DNA of 64,000 nt from a bacterium (GTDB lineage Bacteria > Bacteroidota > Ignavibacteria > UBA10030). The notes beneath the pieces were generated by a model. That model ran no database searches. It was not told where the DNA came from and saw only the letters and a program-made list of their open reading frames with translations. The DNA lies in the NCBI GenBank assembly GCA_043803945.1, contig JAZDJN010000056.1, positions 24,258 to 88,257 of the forward strand, written 5' to 3'. Shown in pieces: positions 1 through 9,725 of this stretch (the stretch's first letter is position 1; the number at the start of each line of letters is the position of its first letter). A program made the translations under genes and the position numbers.

Positions 1-1
1 G

Positions 2-1264
2 ATCGAAATCATTCGGATCTGTCGCTGTACCATAAGTCCATGCACCTGGAGTATTCTTGGATTTCTTTCCACCACTTGGATCGCGGTACCAGCGCATGAG
101 TTGCGCCATGAGCTTTGGGATCTTATTGAGCTGGAGTGATACTTTCGTAAAGGCTTTGGCTGAATCTGCACCCAACCTGCCATTGAGATGCCACGTTAAT
201 GGTGAGCCCTCACCTTTTACTCCGGCCGATGCAAACTGATTATAAAATGCTTGTCCGGAATCAGAGATGGCATAGTAATTATTGGAAATTATCCAGCTTG
301 TTGTCGTATTCGGGTAAGTGAAGATCCAGGTCATTCGTGATCGTCCCACTGCATCTTTTTCACCACTCGGAATGAACTCAGCCTGCCGTATGCTATCGAC
401 ATCTTCGCCCAGACCGAATGGATCGATAAAGAGGTTATTGGTAATATACGTTTTCCACCCTACTGTTCCCAGAGAGAGAATACCATGGTATGACATCCCA
501 TTGACCAGCGTATTATGATCGAATACAAAATATTCGAGAGGCTTGGTGCTGGTTGCACTGCCGGCAGGATAATGGCGAACAATACGATCCAGCCAGTTGA
601 CAAATGTGTTGTTTGTCATGATGAGAGAGTCACATGACACATCCCTGAGGTCAATAGCTTTTCCTGCTCCGAGGTTTGATCGGCCCAGATATCCCATATT
701 GGCAAAGACTGAATTCGTGATCTTGATGGCCTTCGAAGCACCATCTGTACGAATATGGTTTCCATTCGAATTGGAAAGTATGCAACTATCAATAGTGATG
801 CTTAATCCACTTTGGGTTGAAGGAATATTGATCAGGGCACCTTGCATATTCCATCGATTTGAATCGACGAGTTCATAATACCCTGAGACCTGCAGGTTTT
901 TCATTATCAGGCTTCCATTTAACTGGAACAGGTTACCCGGAGGATTCCATGGCGTTGTTCCTGCACCGGTCGGGAACAGCATAATGACCGGCTTTTTCGT
1001 TGTTGAGCTATCGTTCGCCTTCAACCTCAGTGTCCAATTTCCCGTATTGGTGAACACGGCATTCGATAGATAGAGCCCTCCCCGCTGTAATACATACACG
1101 CGGTTTGCTAATTTTCCGTTTGCTGCTGTATCTGCCGCAATCTGTTGGTTCAGATATTGATTGCTGACGGTGTAAGGTGCTAGTCGCAATTCTTGCCCGA
1201 ACAACATCACAGGAAGCAGAAGGAACAAGAAAAGGATCACAAAGGTGTAGTGCTGTCTGTTCAT
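2..1264 (-). CDS. Secreted protein with probable right-handed beta-helix region, likely T9SS-sorted partner of the adjacent TonB-dependent receptor (3' end runs off the window)
   Basis: Not in the ORF track (no stop in window). Manual translation from ATG at 1264 (SD AAGGAG upstream): MNRQHYTFVILFLFLLLPVMLFGQELRLAPY...RVYVLQRGGLY...ITIDSCILSN...IKITNSVFAN...LIMTNNTFVN...FVFDHNTLVN...YITNNLFID. The frame is open to base 2, with an SPI-type signal peptide, no lipobox Cys and repeated Asn-ladder-like strands. Confidence 0.75.
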   Translation of the reverse strand, partial: MNRQHYTFVILFLFLLLPVMLFGQELRLAPYTVSNQYLNQQIAADTAANGKLANRVYVLQRGGLYLSNAVFTNTGNWTLRLKANDSSTTKKPVIMLFPTGAGTTPWNPPGNLFQLNGSLIMKNLQVSGYYELVDSNRWNMQGALINIPSTQSGLSITIDSCILSNSNGNHIRTDGASKAIKITNSVFANMGYLGRSNLGAGKAIDLRDVSCDSLIMTNNTFVNWLDRIVRHYPAGSATSTKPLEYFVFDHNTLVNGMSYHGILSLGTVGWKTYITNNLFIDPFGLGEDVDSIRQAEFIPSGEKDAVGRSRMTWIFTYPNTTTSWIISNNYYAISDSGQAFYNQFASAGVKGEGSPLTWHLNGRLGADSAKAFTKVSLQLNKIPKLMAQLMRWYRDPSGGKKSKNTPGAWTYGTATDPNDFD

Positions 1265-1385
1265 TGAACAGTCTCCTTATGTTATTGAATGGTACATCCG
1301 TTGATTATGGAATCACCTATGCCATTAAATGCGTGTTGCGACATATTCGTATTGAGCATTGCGCTTGCCAAAGTTTATTCATGAT

Positions 1386-4300
1386 TTACAGAGTTACCCT
1401 CACACCAAAATCCATCGTTAATCCATATTTCTGATTCGTGTTCAGCCGTGTCCACTCATAGACTCTATTGGTGGTATAGCTGTTTTCCTCGATATCAAAC
1501 AGATTGCTCACGCTGACCAGAAGGGCAATATTCGGTGTTACGGAATGTTTCACCGTCAGGTCCCAGCGTGAATAGCTTCCCGTAATACCATCTGTGAGGC
1601 CACCCGGTGAGAACCTGCTGTTGAATTCTCCCTGATGGAACACAGAGAGTCGTGCTGAGAAATCTCCGATTTCGTAACCAAGTGTAACATTGCCGAAAAA
1701 TTCCGGTTGTTGTTCAAGCTTTTGTACCCGATCAACGATCCGATTCGTATAGGACGGTGTCCTAATTTCACCGAATTCCGATTGTTGAATTGTCCAGGTT
1801 GTATCGATCATTGTCGTGACCAAATGTGTTTCAGAACGCACAAGAGAGAAGTTGTAGGAGAGGACCAGATGCTGGAAGTACCAGGGTAGAAAACTTAAGT
1901 TTGCCTGATGTTCAAACTCGAATCCCCATACTTTCGTTGGCGCGGAAGAATTGTAAGGAACGGTCAATTGGTATCCACCTTTGGTTAATGCCGTGCTCCA
2001 GACAATCCCCAGGCTGTCGAGGAATCTACGACCGACTATACCTGCACCATTTAAAAAGTGATGTGCATCTGTGATATCCTTCAAATAGGCTGAAAGCGAG
2101 ACAAGTCCCAGCGTGTTGCTATAGACAGAGGCATTCACTTCATAATTCCATGCCTTTGCAACTTTCAAATTAGGATTGCCCACAAACAGGTTGTTCACAG
2201 TACCGGTTCCCAGCGCATAGAGTTTGATCAATCGTGCATTGTAATCGGGCCGGGAAAGAGCACGGTATGCTGCAAGTCGCACCTGGAGATAGTCCGTCGG
2301 GCGTATGGCAAGGTGGAAATTAGGAAGCCAGACCGTCTGTGAAAATGTCGTCGATGTATCCTTCACATCACCGCTCGGTGTCGGGAACCCCCCGAGTGAA
2401 CCGGTGCCCGGCACAAAGCGTGAGAGATATTCATTCGTTTCCTGCTCCATACGCACGCCAGCAATGAAGGTAACATCCTGGCCGATGCGTAAGGTGTTCA
2501 TGATGTAGGCTGCTGTGATACTTTCTGTCACATCGTAGTAATCGAGCTCTGCGGTCTTATCGACATAGTACTCGATTGACGCCGCTCGTCCATTCTGATT
2601 CAACACATACCATTCATGGACGGCATCTTTATTCATTATGGGATTGATCAAATACTTATCAAATAGATTGCGCGATACGGGAGCTGAATCGAGGAAATCC
2701 AGAAACGAGGGAAGGCGGATCAGGTTGTTGGCAAGGTACTGCTGATAGAAACTGTTGAACCGAGTACCGCTGAGATTCTTTGGCTGCCATGCAAATCCTC
2801 CCAGATAATATGGTGCATACAGTCTGCTTGCTTCCTTAAACCGTGTAATGTGTTTGTACTTGCCCCCAAGTTTCAACTCTCCGGAAAAGAGATTTCCCAA
2901 AACATAACCACCACCACCATCCAGATACACCGTTTTTTCAATCTCACGGTTTTTTTCATAGGTGGATATACCCGAATCAATACCTGCTACCGCAAAATTG
3001 TTGACTGCGAAAGGAATAATCAGTTTGGGATTGCTGCGCAATGTAAAGTTGAGTGGAATATCCATGCCTGAGGAGACATGGCCCGATGCATCTCTACGTC
3101 CAATCGTTTCTGTGAAATCGATGTAATAATCAAAGGGATTATCTGTAAGCGATTGAGCAAAGGATGCCCCCCAGTTGAATTTCAGACCGAAGAGGTAGTT
3201 TTCACCGCGTACCGAGCTATTGACGGTTGTGATTTGCTGTTCCCTGTCTCTTGCTTCATAGTATACAGGAGTGCTACCAGCGTTGAGTGTGGGGTAATTT
3301 CGTTGGAACGTGGTAAAATCCCGTTCGGTCCGATTGTAATTCGCACTCAGGCGCACCGAACCGCTGTCGGGTGTATCATAATCCAGCATGATCACTGCGC
3401 CATCACGCTTCCGGATCTCATCAATGAACTGAAGCCTGAAATTACTGATGAAGTATGTCGCGGGAAACATATCGTAGCGATCCTGATACGCTGTTGTTGT
3501 CTGTTCATTGCTGCGGATCCGGTTTTCCAGATTACCCAGAACTTGAAGGCCAAGCTGACCATCAAAGAAGCGTTCACCGTAGCGGAGACTCAGGTCGTAT
3601 TGCTTCGCTGAATTCATCAACTTATTGTAGTCTCCTTTGATATCCGCCTGGACCGATCGATCCATGGGTGCTTTTTTGGTGACCAGATTTACTGTTCCGG
3701 CAATAGCATCAGCATCCTTATCGGGAGTTAACGCTTTAAAGAGTTCAATACCCGCAAGTGAACCCTGGGAGATTGTGCTGAGATCGACTCCGCGTGAATC
3801 AGGATCCGTTGGTGGGATTTTCACACCATCAATCGTGATGGTGGTAAATTTATCGCTCAAGCCGCGAAGGATCACCTTGTTTGCTTCACCGCCGGAGCGC
3901 AGAATAGAGACGCCGGGCAGGCGTCCGATTGCTTCAGCGGCATTGGCATCGGGCAACTGCTTGATCTTTTCTTCCGAGACAACATTCACAATCGTGTTCG
4001 AGCTGATCTGCTGGTTGATGGCAGCCATCTGTCCGCGCAACTGTGCCGTGATCACCACCTCCTGTTCAAGGATGTTATCCGGCATCAACTCAATGTTAAT
4101 GACCATCTCTTTGTCGGTTACCGTAATAGGAACGACCTTCGCTTTGTAGCCGATGTACGAGAAACGCAGCATATAGCTTCCCGCCGGAACTCCCGCGATA
4201 CGAAACTTGCCTTCAATATCTGTCGATGCTCCGAGAGCAGTCCCCTGCAAATAGACATTTGCCCCAACCAGCATTTCTTCGCTCAAAGAATCTTTGACAG

Positions 4301-4388
4301 AACCTCTCAGCGCGGCCTGTCCAACAACAATTGAGGGAATTATCAACAATATAAGAACGAGTATTCCGAAATGATACCATGTCTTCAT
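1386..4388 (-). CDS. TonB-dependent receptor (CarboxypepD_reg N-domain, plug, beta-barrel), non-SusC type
   Basis: Signal peptide from MKTWYHF (ATG 4388, SD AAGGAG). CarboxypepD_reg-like LVGANVYLQGT...FSYIGY, plug LPDANAAEAIGRLPGVS and GIELFKALTPDKDADAIAGTVNL, barrel LSRPDY..GNPNLK, C-terminal FGVRVTL. Confidence 0.93.
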   Translation of the reverse strand: MKTWYHFGILVLILLIIPSIVVGQAALRGSVKDSLSEEMLVGANVYLQGTALGASTDIEGKFRIAGVPAGSYMLRFSYIGYKAKVVPITVTDKEMVINIELMPDNILEQEVVITAQLRGQMAAINQQISSNTIVNVVSEEKIKQLPDANAAEAIGRLPGVSILRSGGEANKVILRGLSDKFTTITIDGVKIPPTDPDSRGVDLSTISQGSLAGIELFKALTPDKDADAIAGTVNLVTKKAPMDRSVQADIKGDYNKLMNSAKQYDLSLRYGERFFDGQLGLQVLGNLENRIRSNEQTTTAYQDRYDMFPATYFISNFRLQFIDEIRKRDGAVIMLDYDTPDSGSVRLSANYNRTERDFTTFQRNYPTLNAGSTPVYYEARDREQQITTVNSSVRGENYLFGLKFNWGASFAQSLTDNPFDYYIDFTETIGRRDASGHVSSGMDIPLNFTLRSNPKLIIPFAVNNFAVAGIDSGISTYEKNREIEKTVYLDGGGGYVLGNLFSGELKLGGKYKHITRFKEASRLYAPYYLGGFAWQPKNLSGTRFNSFYQQYLANNLIRLPSFLDFLDSAPVSRNLFDKYLINPIMNKDAVHEWYVLNQNGRAASIEYYVDKTAELDYYDVTESITAAYIMNTLRIGQDVTFIAGVRMEQETNEYLSRFVPGTGSLGGFPTPSGDVKDTSTTFSQTVWLPNFHLAIRPTDYLQVRLAAYRALSRPDYNARLIKLYALGTGTVNNLFVGNPNLKVAKAWNYEVNASVYSNTLGLVSLSAYLKDITDAHHFLNGAGIVGRRFLDSLGIVWSTALTKGGYQLTVPYNSSAPTKVWGFEFEHQANLSFLPWYFQHLVLSYNFSLVRSETHLVTTMIDTTWTIQQSEFGEIRTPSYTNRIVDRVQKLEQQPEFFGNVTLGYEIGDFSARLSVFHQGEFNSRFSPGGLTDGITGSYSRWDLTVKHSVTPNIALLVSVSNLFDIEENSYTTNRVYEWTRLNTNQKYGLTMDFGVRVTL

Positions 4389-4451
4389 AATGGTGTACTC
4401 CTTAGTTAGAATTGTATAAGAACTCTCCAGTGACATTAGTTAGTTCATTGA

Positions 4452-5906
4452 TCAGGCGCTATACGCTGTTGAGGCCGTATCCCCTCCGCGCCCGGTCCAA
4501 TTCGTATGGAAAAATTCACCTCTCGGTTTATCTATCCGCTCGTACTGATGTGCACCGAAATAGTCACGCTGTGCCTGCAACAGGTTCGCGGGGAGCCATT
4601 TATGCCGGTACCCGTCGTAGAATGCGAGAGACGAGCTCATCGAAGGGACAGGAATACCCAGCTCGGTAGCCGTGACAACCACTTTACGCCATGAATCCTG
4701 ACAATTCTTCATCACTTTTCTGAAATACGAATCGAGCAGCAGGTTCGTAAGTTGAGGATTCTTCTCATAGGCCTCTTTGATCTTGCCCAGGAAGAGGCTT
4801 CGGATGATGCATCCCCCGCGCCAGAGCAGGGCTATTCCGCCGTAGTTGAGGTCCCATGTATTTTCTTTCGCTGCTTCGCGCATCAACATAAAGCCCTGGG
4901 TGTACGAAGTAATCTTTGAAGCATACATTGCTTTCCGAATGTCTTCGATGAATGCCTTCTTCTTTGCGATTGCTTTTTTCTTCGAAGGTCCCTTCAACAG
5001 CTTCGATGCAACGACACGCTCATCTTTGAGCGCGGAGAGGCATCGGGCGAATACCGCTTCTGAAACCATCGTCATCGGAATGCCCAGATCGAGCGCCGCA
5101 ACGCTTGCCCATTTTCCCGTCCCTTTTTGACCGGCAGTATCGAGAATGTAATCGAGCGCGTATTTTTTCTTTTCATCCTTGTAGGCAAGAATATCTCTGG
5201 TGATTTCAATGAGATACGAGCTTAACTCACCTTCATTCCATTCCTTGAATACTTCATACATTTCCTGATTGGACATCCCCAATCCTTCTTTCATCACCTG
5301 ATAACACTCGCAGATCAACTGCATATCGCCATACTCGATGCCGTTATGCACCATCTTTACAAAGTGGCCCGCACCATCATTCCCAACCCAGTCGCAGCAT
5401 GGCGTGCCGTCGGCGACCTTTGCGGCTATTGCCTGGAAGATCGGTTTTACGTGAGGCCACGCAGCCGGTGAGCCGCCCGGCATAATTGAAGGACCGCGAA
5501 GTGCACCTTCTTCACCGCCCGACACGCCTGTGCCGATGAAGAGGAGGCCTTTCGACTCGAGGTACTTGGTCCGTCGGATGGAATCGGGAAAATGTGAATT
5601 GCCGCCATCGATGATGATATCGCCCGCAGAGAGATGCGGAATGAGCTGCTCGATGAAATCGTCGACCGGTTTGCCAGCTTTCACCATTAACATGATCTTT
5701 CTTGGTGAAGCGAGCGATACTACAAGCTCTTGCAGGGAATGCGTCCCGATAAAGTTCTTTCCCTTTCCCCGTCCATTGAGGAAGTTATCTACTTTCTCGA
5801 CGGTTCTGTTATACACTGCTACGGTAAATCCATGACTTTCCATGTTCAAGACAAGATTCTCTCCCATAACTGCCAAACCCACTAAACCAATATCAGCCTT
5901 GTTCAT
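4452..5906 (-). CDS. gndA: 6-phosphogluconate dehydrogenase, decarboxylating (NADP+)
   Basis: GLAVMGENL, DGGNS, GVSGGEEGA, KMVHNGIEYGDMQ, GQKGTG, WRGGCIIRS, QAQRDYFGAH. Confidence 0.98.
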   Translation of the reverse strand: MNKADIGLVGLAVMGENLVLNMESHGFTVAVYNRTVEKVDNFLNGRGKGKNFIGTHSLQELVVSLASPRKIMLMVKAGKPVDDFIEQLIPHLSAGDIIIDGGNSHFPDSIRRTKYLESKGLLFIGTGVSGGEEGALRGPSIMPGGSPAAWPHVKPIFQAIAAKVADGTPCCDWVGNDGAGHFVKMVHNGIEYGDMQLICECYQVMKEGLGMSNQEMYEVFKEWNEGELSSYLIEITRDILAYKDEKKKYALDYILDTAGQKGTGKWASVAALDLGIPMTMVSEAVFARCLSALKDERVVASKLLKGPSKKKAIAKKKAFIEDIRKAMYASKITSYTQGFMLMREAAKENTWDLNYGGIALLWRGGCIIRSLFLGKIKEAYEKNPQLTNLLLDSYFRKVMKNCQDSWRKVVVTATELGIPVPSMSSSLAFYDGYRHKWLPANLLQAQRDYFGAHQYERIDKPRGEFFHTNWTGRGGDTASTAYSA

Positions 5907-5967
5907 ACAGCAATCTCCATTGTTCCGTTAATGTTACTATGAATAAAATCCCTTTTGGGTTTCCAGT

Positions 5968-7239
5968 TTATTGAAACCTCTCCTTGTAGGCCCATAGTCC
6001 CAGCGCAGGATTGGAGATGTAAAAAACCTCCTCTCCATCCGGCAATAGATTGAAACCATCTTTGAGTATTTCAGGATTGTATCGTTTGAGCATGTCCGGC
6101 AAATTGGCATAGCTAAAATTCACACCTTCAATTTCCTGCCGGCTCAAGAAGCCCGGACAGTACGTTATGCTAAACCTGTTCTCTGACGATCCATGGATAA
6201 GGTGTGCCGCCGCGCTGAGACTATTTTTCAAGTCCTCATTCTCTTCGACAAATCTGAGCACCTCGGGAGTCGTTTTGTAACCGTATTTTCTGATCAAACC
6301 ATCGATCTCCTTATCTTCGCCAAACTCTTTCAATCCGGGTGCAAGCACAATGAGTTCTCCCTCATCGGCAATAACCATACGGGTTCGATAGATGCTCTTG
6401 TTGCCAAGCCAGGTACTTTTGAATTCATGCGGATCGAGATAGACGACCACTTTCTTCAACGGGCTTTCCATCATCTCAAAGTTTACCTGGAGCGACAACT
6501 CGGAGGCACACTTGAAGCATTCTTCATCATCACCGATGTAAAGCCCTTTCATCACAAGAGAGCCATGCTCATCCTTTCCGATCACTGTCTGAACATAGAC
6601 GATCGGAAGGTGTTTTGCAAAATGTCCGGAAGCATAATTGAGCACCCGCCGAACCGGCGTGTCAGCGCGGCCCATCATCCGCTCCATCCCATAGACAGCA
6701 CCGAGGAAATGACTCTTGTTGATCCCCTCACGCCCGCCTGTGCCGACAAAGATATTCTTGTTGTAATTTGCCATGCCGATCACTTCATGGGGTACAACCT
6801 GGCCGAGCGAGAGAATGAGATCATAGCCGCCTTCCACGAGAAGTCGGTTTACCTGCGCGGGCCATGGGTAATTCACCTTTCCTTCCGACACCTCAAAAAG
6901 AAAACTTGCCGGAACCTCACCGAGTGTGACCAGGTCTTCCCGCCAGCGATGAACTCTGAATAAATCTTTCGGTACACTGCCGAACATCGTTTCGATCTGG
7001 TCTTCCGTCATCGGCGAATGTGTGCCGAGAGCAGGCAGGATGTCTGTCAACCGATTCCCGAAATAGTCGTAGGAATATCTCGTCAGTTCACCAGCCCGTG
7101 AATGAAAGCGTGTAATATCAGGTGGAATGGCCAGCACCTTATTCCGCTTCCCCATCTTCTCGAATGCAGAATACAATCCCTCCCGAATATCACCTTCGGT
7201 CAACGCCGAGGTGACAGATCCCTTTGCATAGTAGAGCAT
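5968..7239 (-). CDS. LarA-family (lactate racemase domain/DUF2088) nickel-pincer-nucleotide enzyme, putative D-mannonate/D-gluconate 2-epimerase (GntE-like)
   Basis: PPDITR and ALGTH motifs. PHEVIGMANYNK...KSH has the H-x9-K-x15-H spacing of LarA His174/Lys184/His200. Sits between hexuronate genes and gnd. Confidence 0.8.
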   Translation of the reverse strand: MLYYAKGSVTSALTEGDIREGLYSAFEKMGKRNKVLAIPPDITRFHSRAGELTRYSYDYFGNRLTDILPALGTHSPMTEDQIETMFGSVPKDLFRVHRWREDLVTLGEVPASFLFEVSEGKVNYPWPAQVNRLLVEGGYDLILSLGQVVPHEVIGMANYNKNIFVGTGGREGINKSHFLGAVYGMERMMGRADTPVRRVLNYASGHFAKHLPIVYVQTVIGKDEHGSLVMKGLYIGDDEECFKCASELSLQVNFEMMESPLKKVVVYLDPHEFKSTWLGNKSIYRTRMVIADEGELIVLAPGLKEFGEDKEIDGLIRKYGYKTTPEVLRFVEENEDLKNSLSAAAHLIHGSSENRFSITYCPGFLSRQEIEGVNFSYANLPDMLKRYNPEILKDGFNLLPDGEEVFYISNPALGLWAYKERFQ

Positions 7240-7254
7240 TCGTTGCTTCCCTTC

Positions 7255-8340
7255 TTATCGTTTAATCCTTGCACTGCCGCCACCCATCACATGCCGAAGT
7301 TCTTCCATTGTAACCATACTTGTATCGCCGCGGGTCGATTGAAGCAGAGCGCCATGCGCCGTTCCCATTTCGACACACTCCTGCGGCGGCATCCCCTGCA
7401 GCAAGCCATAAATGAATCCGCTGCAGAAACCATCGCCGCCGCCGACACGATCTTCAACCTCAAGATTTTTATAGTTTCGTGATTCGTAGAACACACCGTT
7501 ATAATACATGATGGCCGACCAGTTATTGACCAGTCCGCTAATAACTTCGCGGAGGGTCGTACCGACCGCCTGGATATTCGGATATGCGGCAACAACTTTT
7601 TTTACCATCGCTTTGTATCCATCGACCGGCAGCAAATTGAGATGTTTATCGGCACCTTCAACTTCAAATCCAAGCACCTTTTGAAAATCTTCTTCGTTCC
7701 CGATGAGTACATCGATATAGGGAACAAGCTTCTTCGTCACGTCAATGGCTTTCTTGCTTGACCAAAGCTTCGAACGGAAATTAAGATCGTAACTAACGAT
7801 AGTCCCGGCCTCATGCGCTGCTTTCATGGATTCAAGTGCGACCTTGGCGCAACTGTCGCTGAGTGCGGTAAAGATACCGCCCGTGTGGAACCAGCGAACT
7901 CCCCTTTTTGTGAACACCTTCTTCCAATCAACATCACCCGGTTTCATATGGGCAGCCGCAGTATGGCCGCGATCATAGAGGGTGACACTTGCCCGGACAC
8001 CAATGCCCACTTCGGTAAAGTTCAGGCCGATTCGGTCTGCACGGCCCGACCCATCATACGGCACCCAGACAACTTCGCTGATGTCCATGCCGCTGGTGCG
8101 TGCGTGATTTTTAATGAAGTGCCCAAGGGGATTATCTACCAGGCGCGAGACCCAGCTTGTCCGAAACCCATAACGGGCAAGAGCATACGTGACATTATAT
8201 TCACCGCCACCGGCATAAGCTTCAAATAGTGGTGTGAGCTCGATGCGTTGGTGACCCGGAGGGCTGAAGCGAATCATGCATTCCCCGAGCGAGAGAACAT
8301 CGAATTCATTTTCTGAAGCAGATTTTATTTTCAATGACAT
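7255..8340 (-). CDS. PfkB-family sugar-acid kinase (KdgK-like), paralog B
   Basis: LGECM, GGGEYNV, YDLNFRSKLW, GNEED, DRVGGGDGF. Start re-placed at MSLKIKS (8340, SD GAGG) to remove the overlap with the upstream kinase. Confidence 0.9.
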   Translation of the reverse strand: MSLKIKSASENEFDVLSLGECMIRFSPPGHQRIELTPLFEAYAGGGEYNVTYALARYGFRTSWVSRLVDNPLGHFIKNHARTSGMDISEVVWVPYDGSGRADRIGLNFTEVGIGVRASVTLYDRGHTAAAHMKPGDVDWKKVFTKRGVRWFHTGGIFTALSDSCAKVALESMKAAHEAGTIVSYDLNFRSKLWSSKKAIDVTKKLVPYIDVLIGNEEDFQKVLGFEVEGADKHLNLLPVDGYKAMVKKVVAAYPNIQAVGTTLREVISGLVNNWSAIMYYNGVFYESRNYKNLEVEDRVGGGDGFCSGFIYGLLQGMPPQECVEMGTAHGALLQSTRGDTSMVTMEELRHVMGGGSARIKR

Positions 8341-8374
8341 AGCCTTCCTCTGATAATATCCTCCTTGAGATTGG

Positions 8375-9463
8375 TTATCGCTGAATACGCGCCGAGCCGC
8401 CTTTCGCGAATGCCCGAACGTGTTCAACCGTTGCCATCGTCGTGTCGCCGGGGAAGGTCGTCAGCAATGCACCATGCGCCCAGCCTAATCTCACTGCTTC
8501 CTCCGGAGTCTCACCGTTCAGCAAGCCATAGATAAATCCGCCAGCAAATCCATCGCCGCCGCCAACACGATCGTAGACGTCGAGCTCGCATGTCGGAGCT
8601 GTATAGGTCTGCCCTTCCACCCATGCAACAGCACTCCAGCTATGCCGGTTTGTTGAATGCACTTCGCGTAATGTGGTAGCAACCGCTTTTACATTCGGGT
8701 ACTTCGCTGTGACGCTTCCAATCATTCCGAAAAACGCGCTTGGGTCAAGCTGTGATTTAGCGGCAACCTCGGGGCCCGGGACACCAAGTCCCTTTTGCAG
8801 GTCTTCTTCATTGCCTACCAGCACATCGACATTTTCAACAATGCGTTTAATCGTATCGACAGCTTTTTGCTGGCCGCCCCAAATACTCCAGAGTTTCTCG
8901 CGGTAGTTTAGATCGAAACTCACGATTGCACCCACCTCTTTCGCCGCTTTCATGCCTTCAATAATGACCTCGCCGGTTGTGGCTGAAAGTGAAGCAAAGA
9001 TGCCGCCGCTATGAAACCATTTGACCCCTCCGGTAAAGATGTTTTTCCAGTCAAAATCGCCGGGCTTTAATTGTGCTGCCGCTTCATTCGATCTGTTATA
9101 AAAAACGACCGGAGCACGCACGCCTAATCCCTGATCGCTATAGACGGTTGCCATATTGGGCCCGTTGACACCGTTATGTTTGAAGTGTTTATAGAATGGC
9201 TTTACTCCCATGGCACGCACCCGCTCGGCGATGAGATCGCCAATCGGATAGTCGACCATGGCGGTGGCAATCGCTGTGTTCATGCGGAAGCAATCAGAAA
9301 GATTTGCTGCCACGTTAAACTCGCCGCCGCTCACATGGATGCGGCATTTGGTTGCTTTCCGGAATGGAACGATTCCGGGATCCAGCCGATGCACACACGC
9401 ACCAAGAGAGACCAGATCGAGCACTGCCGTTTGATTAATCTTCAAACCATGATTCATTCCCAT
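8375..9463 (-). CDS. PfkB-family sugar-acid kinase (KdgK-like), paralog A
   Basis: GGEFNVA, FDLNYREKLW, GNEED, DRVGGGDGF, C-terminal GGSARIQR. Confidence 0.9.
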   Translation of the reverse strand: MGMNHGLKINQTAVLDLVSLGACVHRLDPGIVPFRKATKCRIHVSGGEFNVAANLSDCFRMNTAIATAMVDYPIGDLIAERVRAMGVKPFYKHFKHNGVNGPNMATVYSDQGLGVRAPVVFYNRSNEAAAQLKPGDFDWKNIFTGGVKWFHSGGIFASLSATTGEVIIEGMKAAKEVGAIVSFDLNYREKLWSIWGGQQKAVDTIKRIVENVDVLVGNEEDLQKGLGVPGPEVAAKSQLDPSAFFGMIGSVTAKYPNVKAVATTLREVHSTNRHSWSAVAWVEGQTYTAPTCELDVYDRVGGGDGFAGGFIYGLLNGETPEEAVRLGWAHGALLTTFPGDTTMATVEHVRAFAKGGSARIQR

Positions 9464-9558
9464 ACATTCTTCCCTTCAACTATATGTTATACAAAGCAAC
9501 CGTCTTCATAGAAAGGGCTGAAGCCCTGTGTGGTATGTTTGGATTTTTCATATCCCTT

Positions 9559-9677
9559 GAGGGTGACTAAAAAGAAAATATTACACTAACCCGAAGGCGT
9601 CTCGCCGAGGGAGATAGCGAAATTATTATGCTCGGCGAGGACGCCTTCGCACTAGAAAATACTTTTGGGTCAGCCTC
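9559..9677. repeat. MITE/REPIN-like element, shell type shared with the other copies but with a different internal REP pair
   Basis: Outer inverted repeats GAGGGTGACTAAAAAG / CTTTTGGGTCAGCCTC. Inner inverted pair CGAAGGCGTCTCGCCGAG (9592-9609) / CTCGGCGAGGACGCCTTCG (9631-9649). Confidence 0.8.
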
Positions 9678-9725
9678 AACCAAGAATTTCATATACCAAA
9701 TTACATTCTTTTGAGATCCTTTTCA

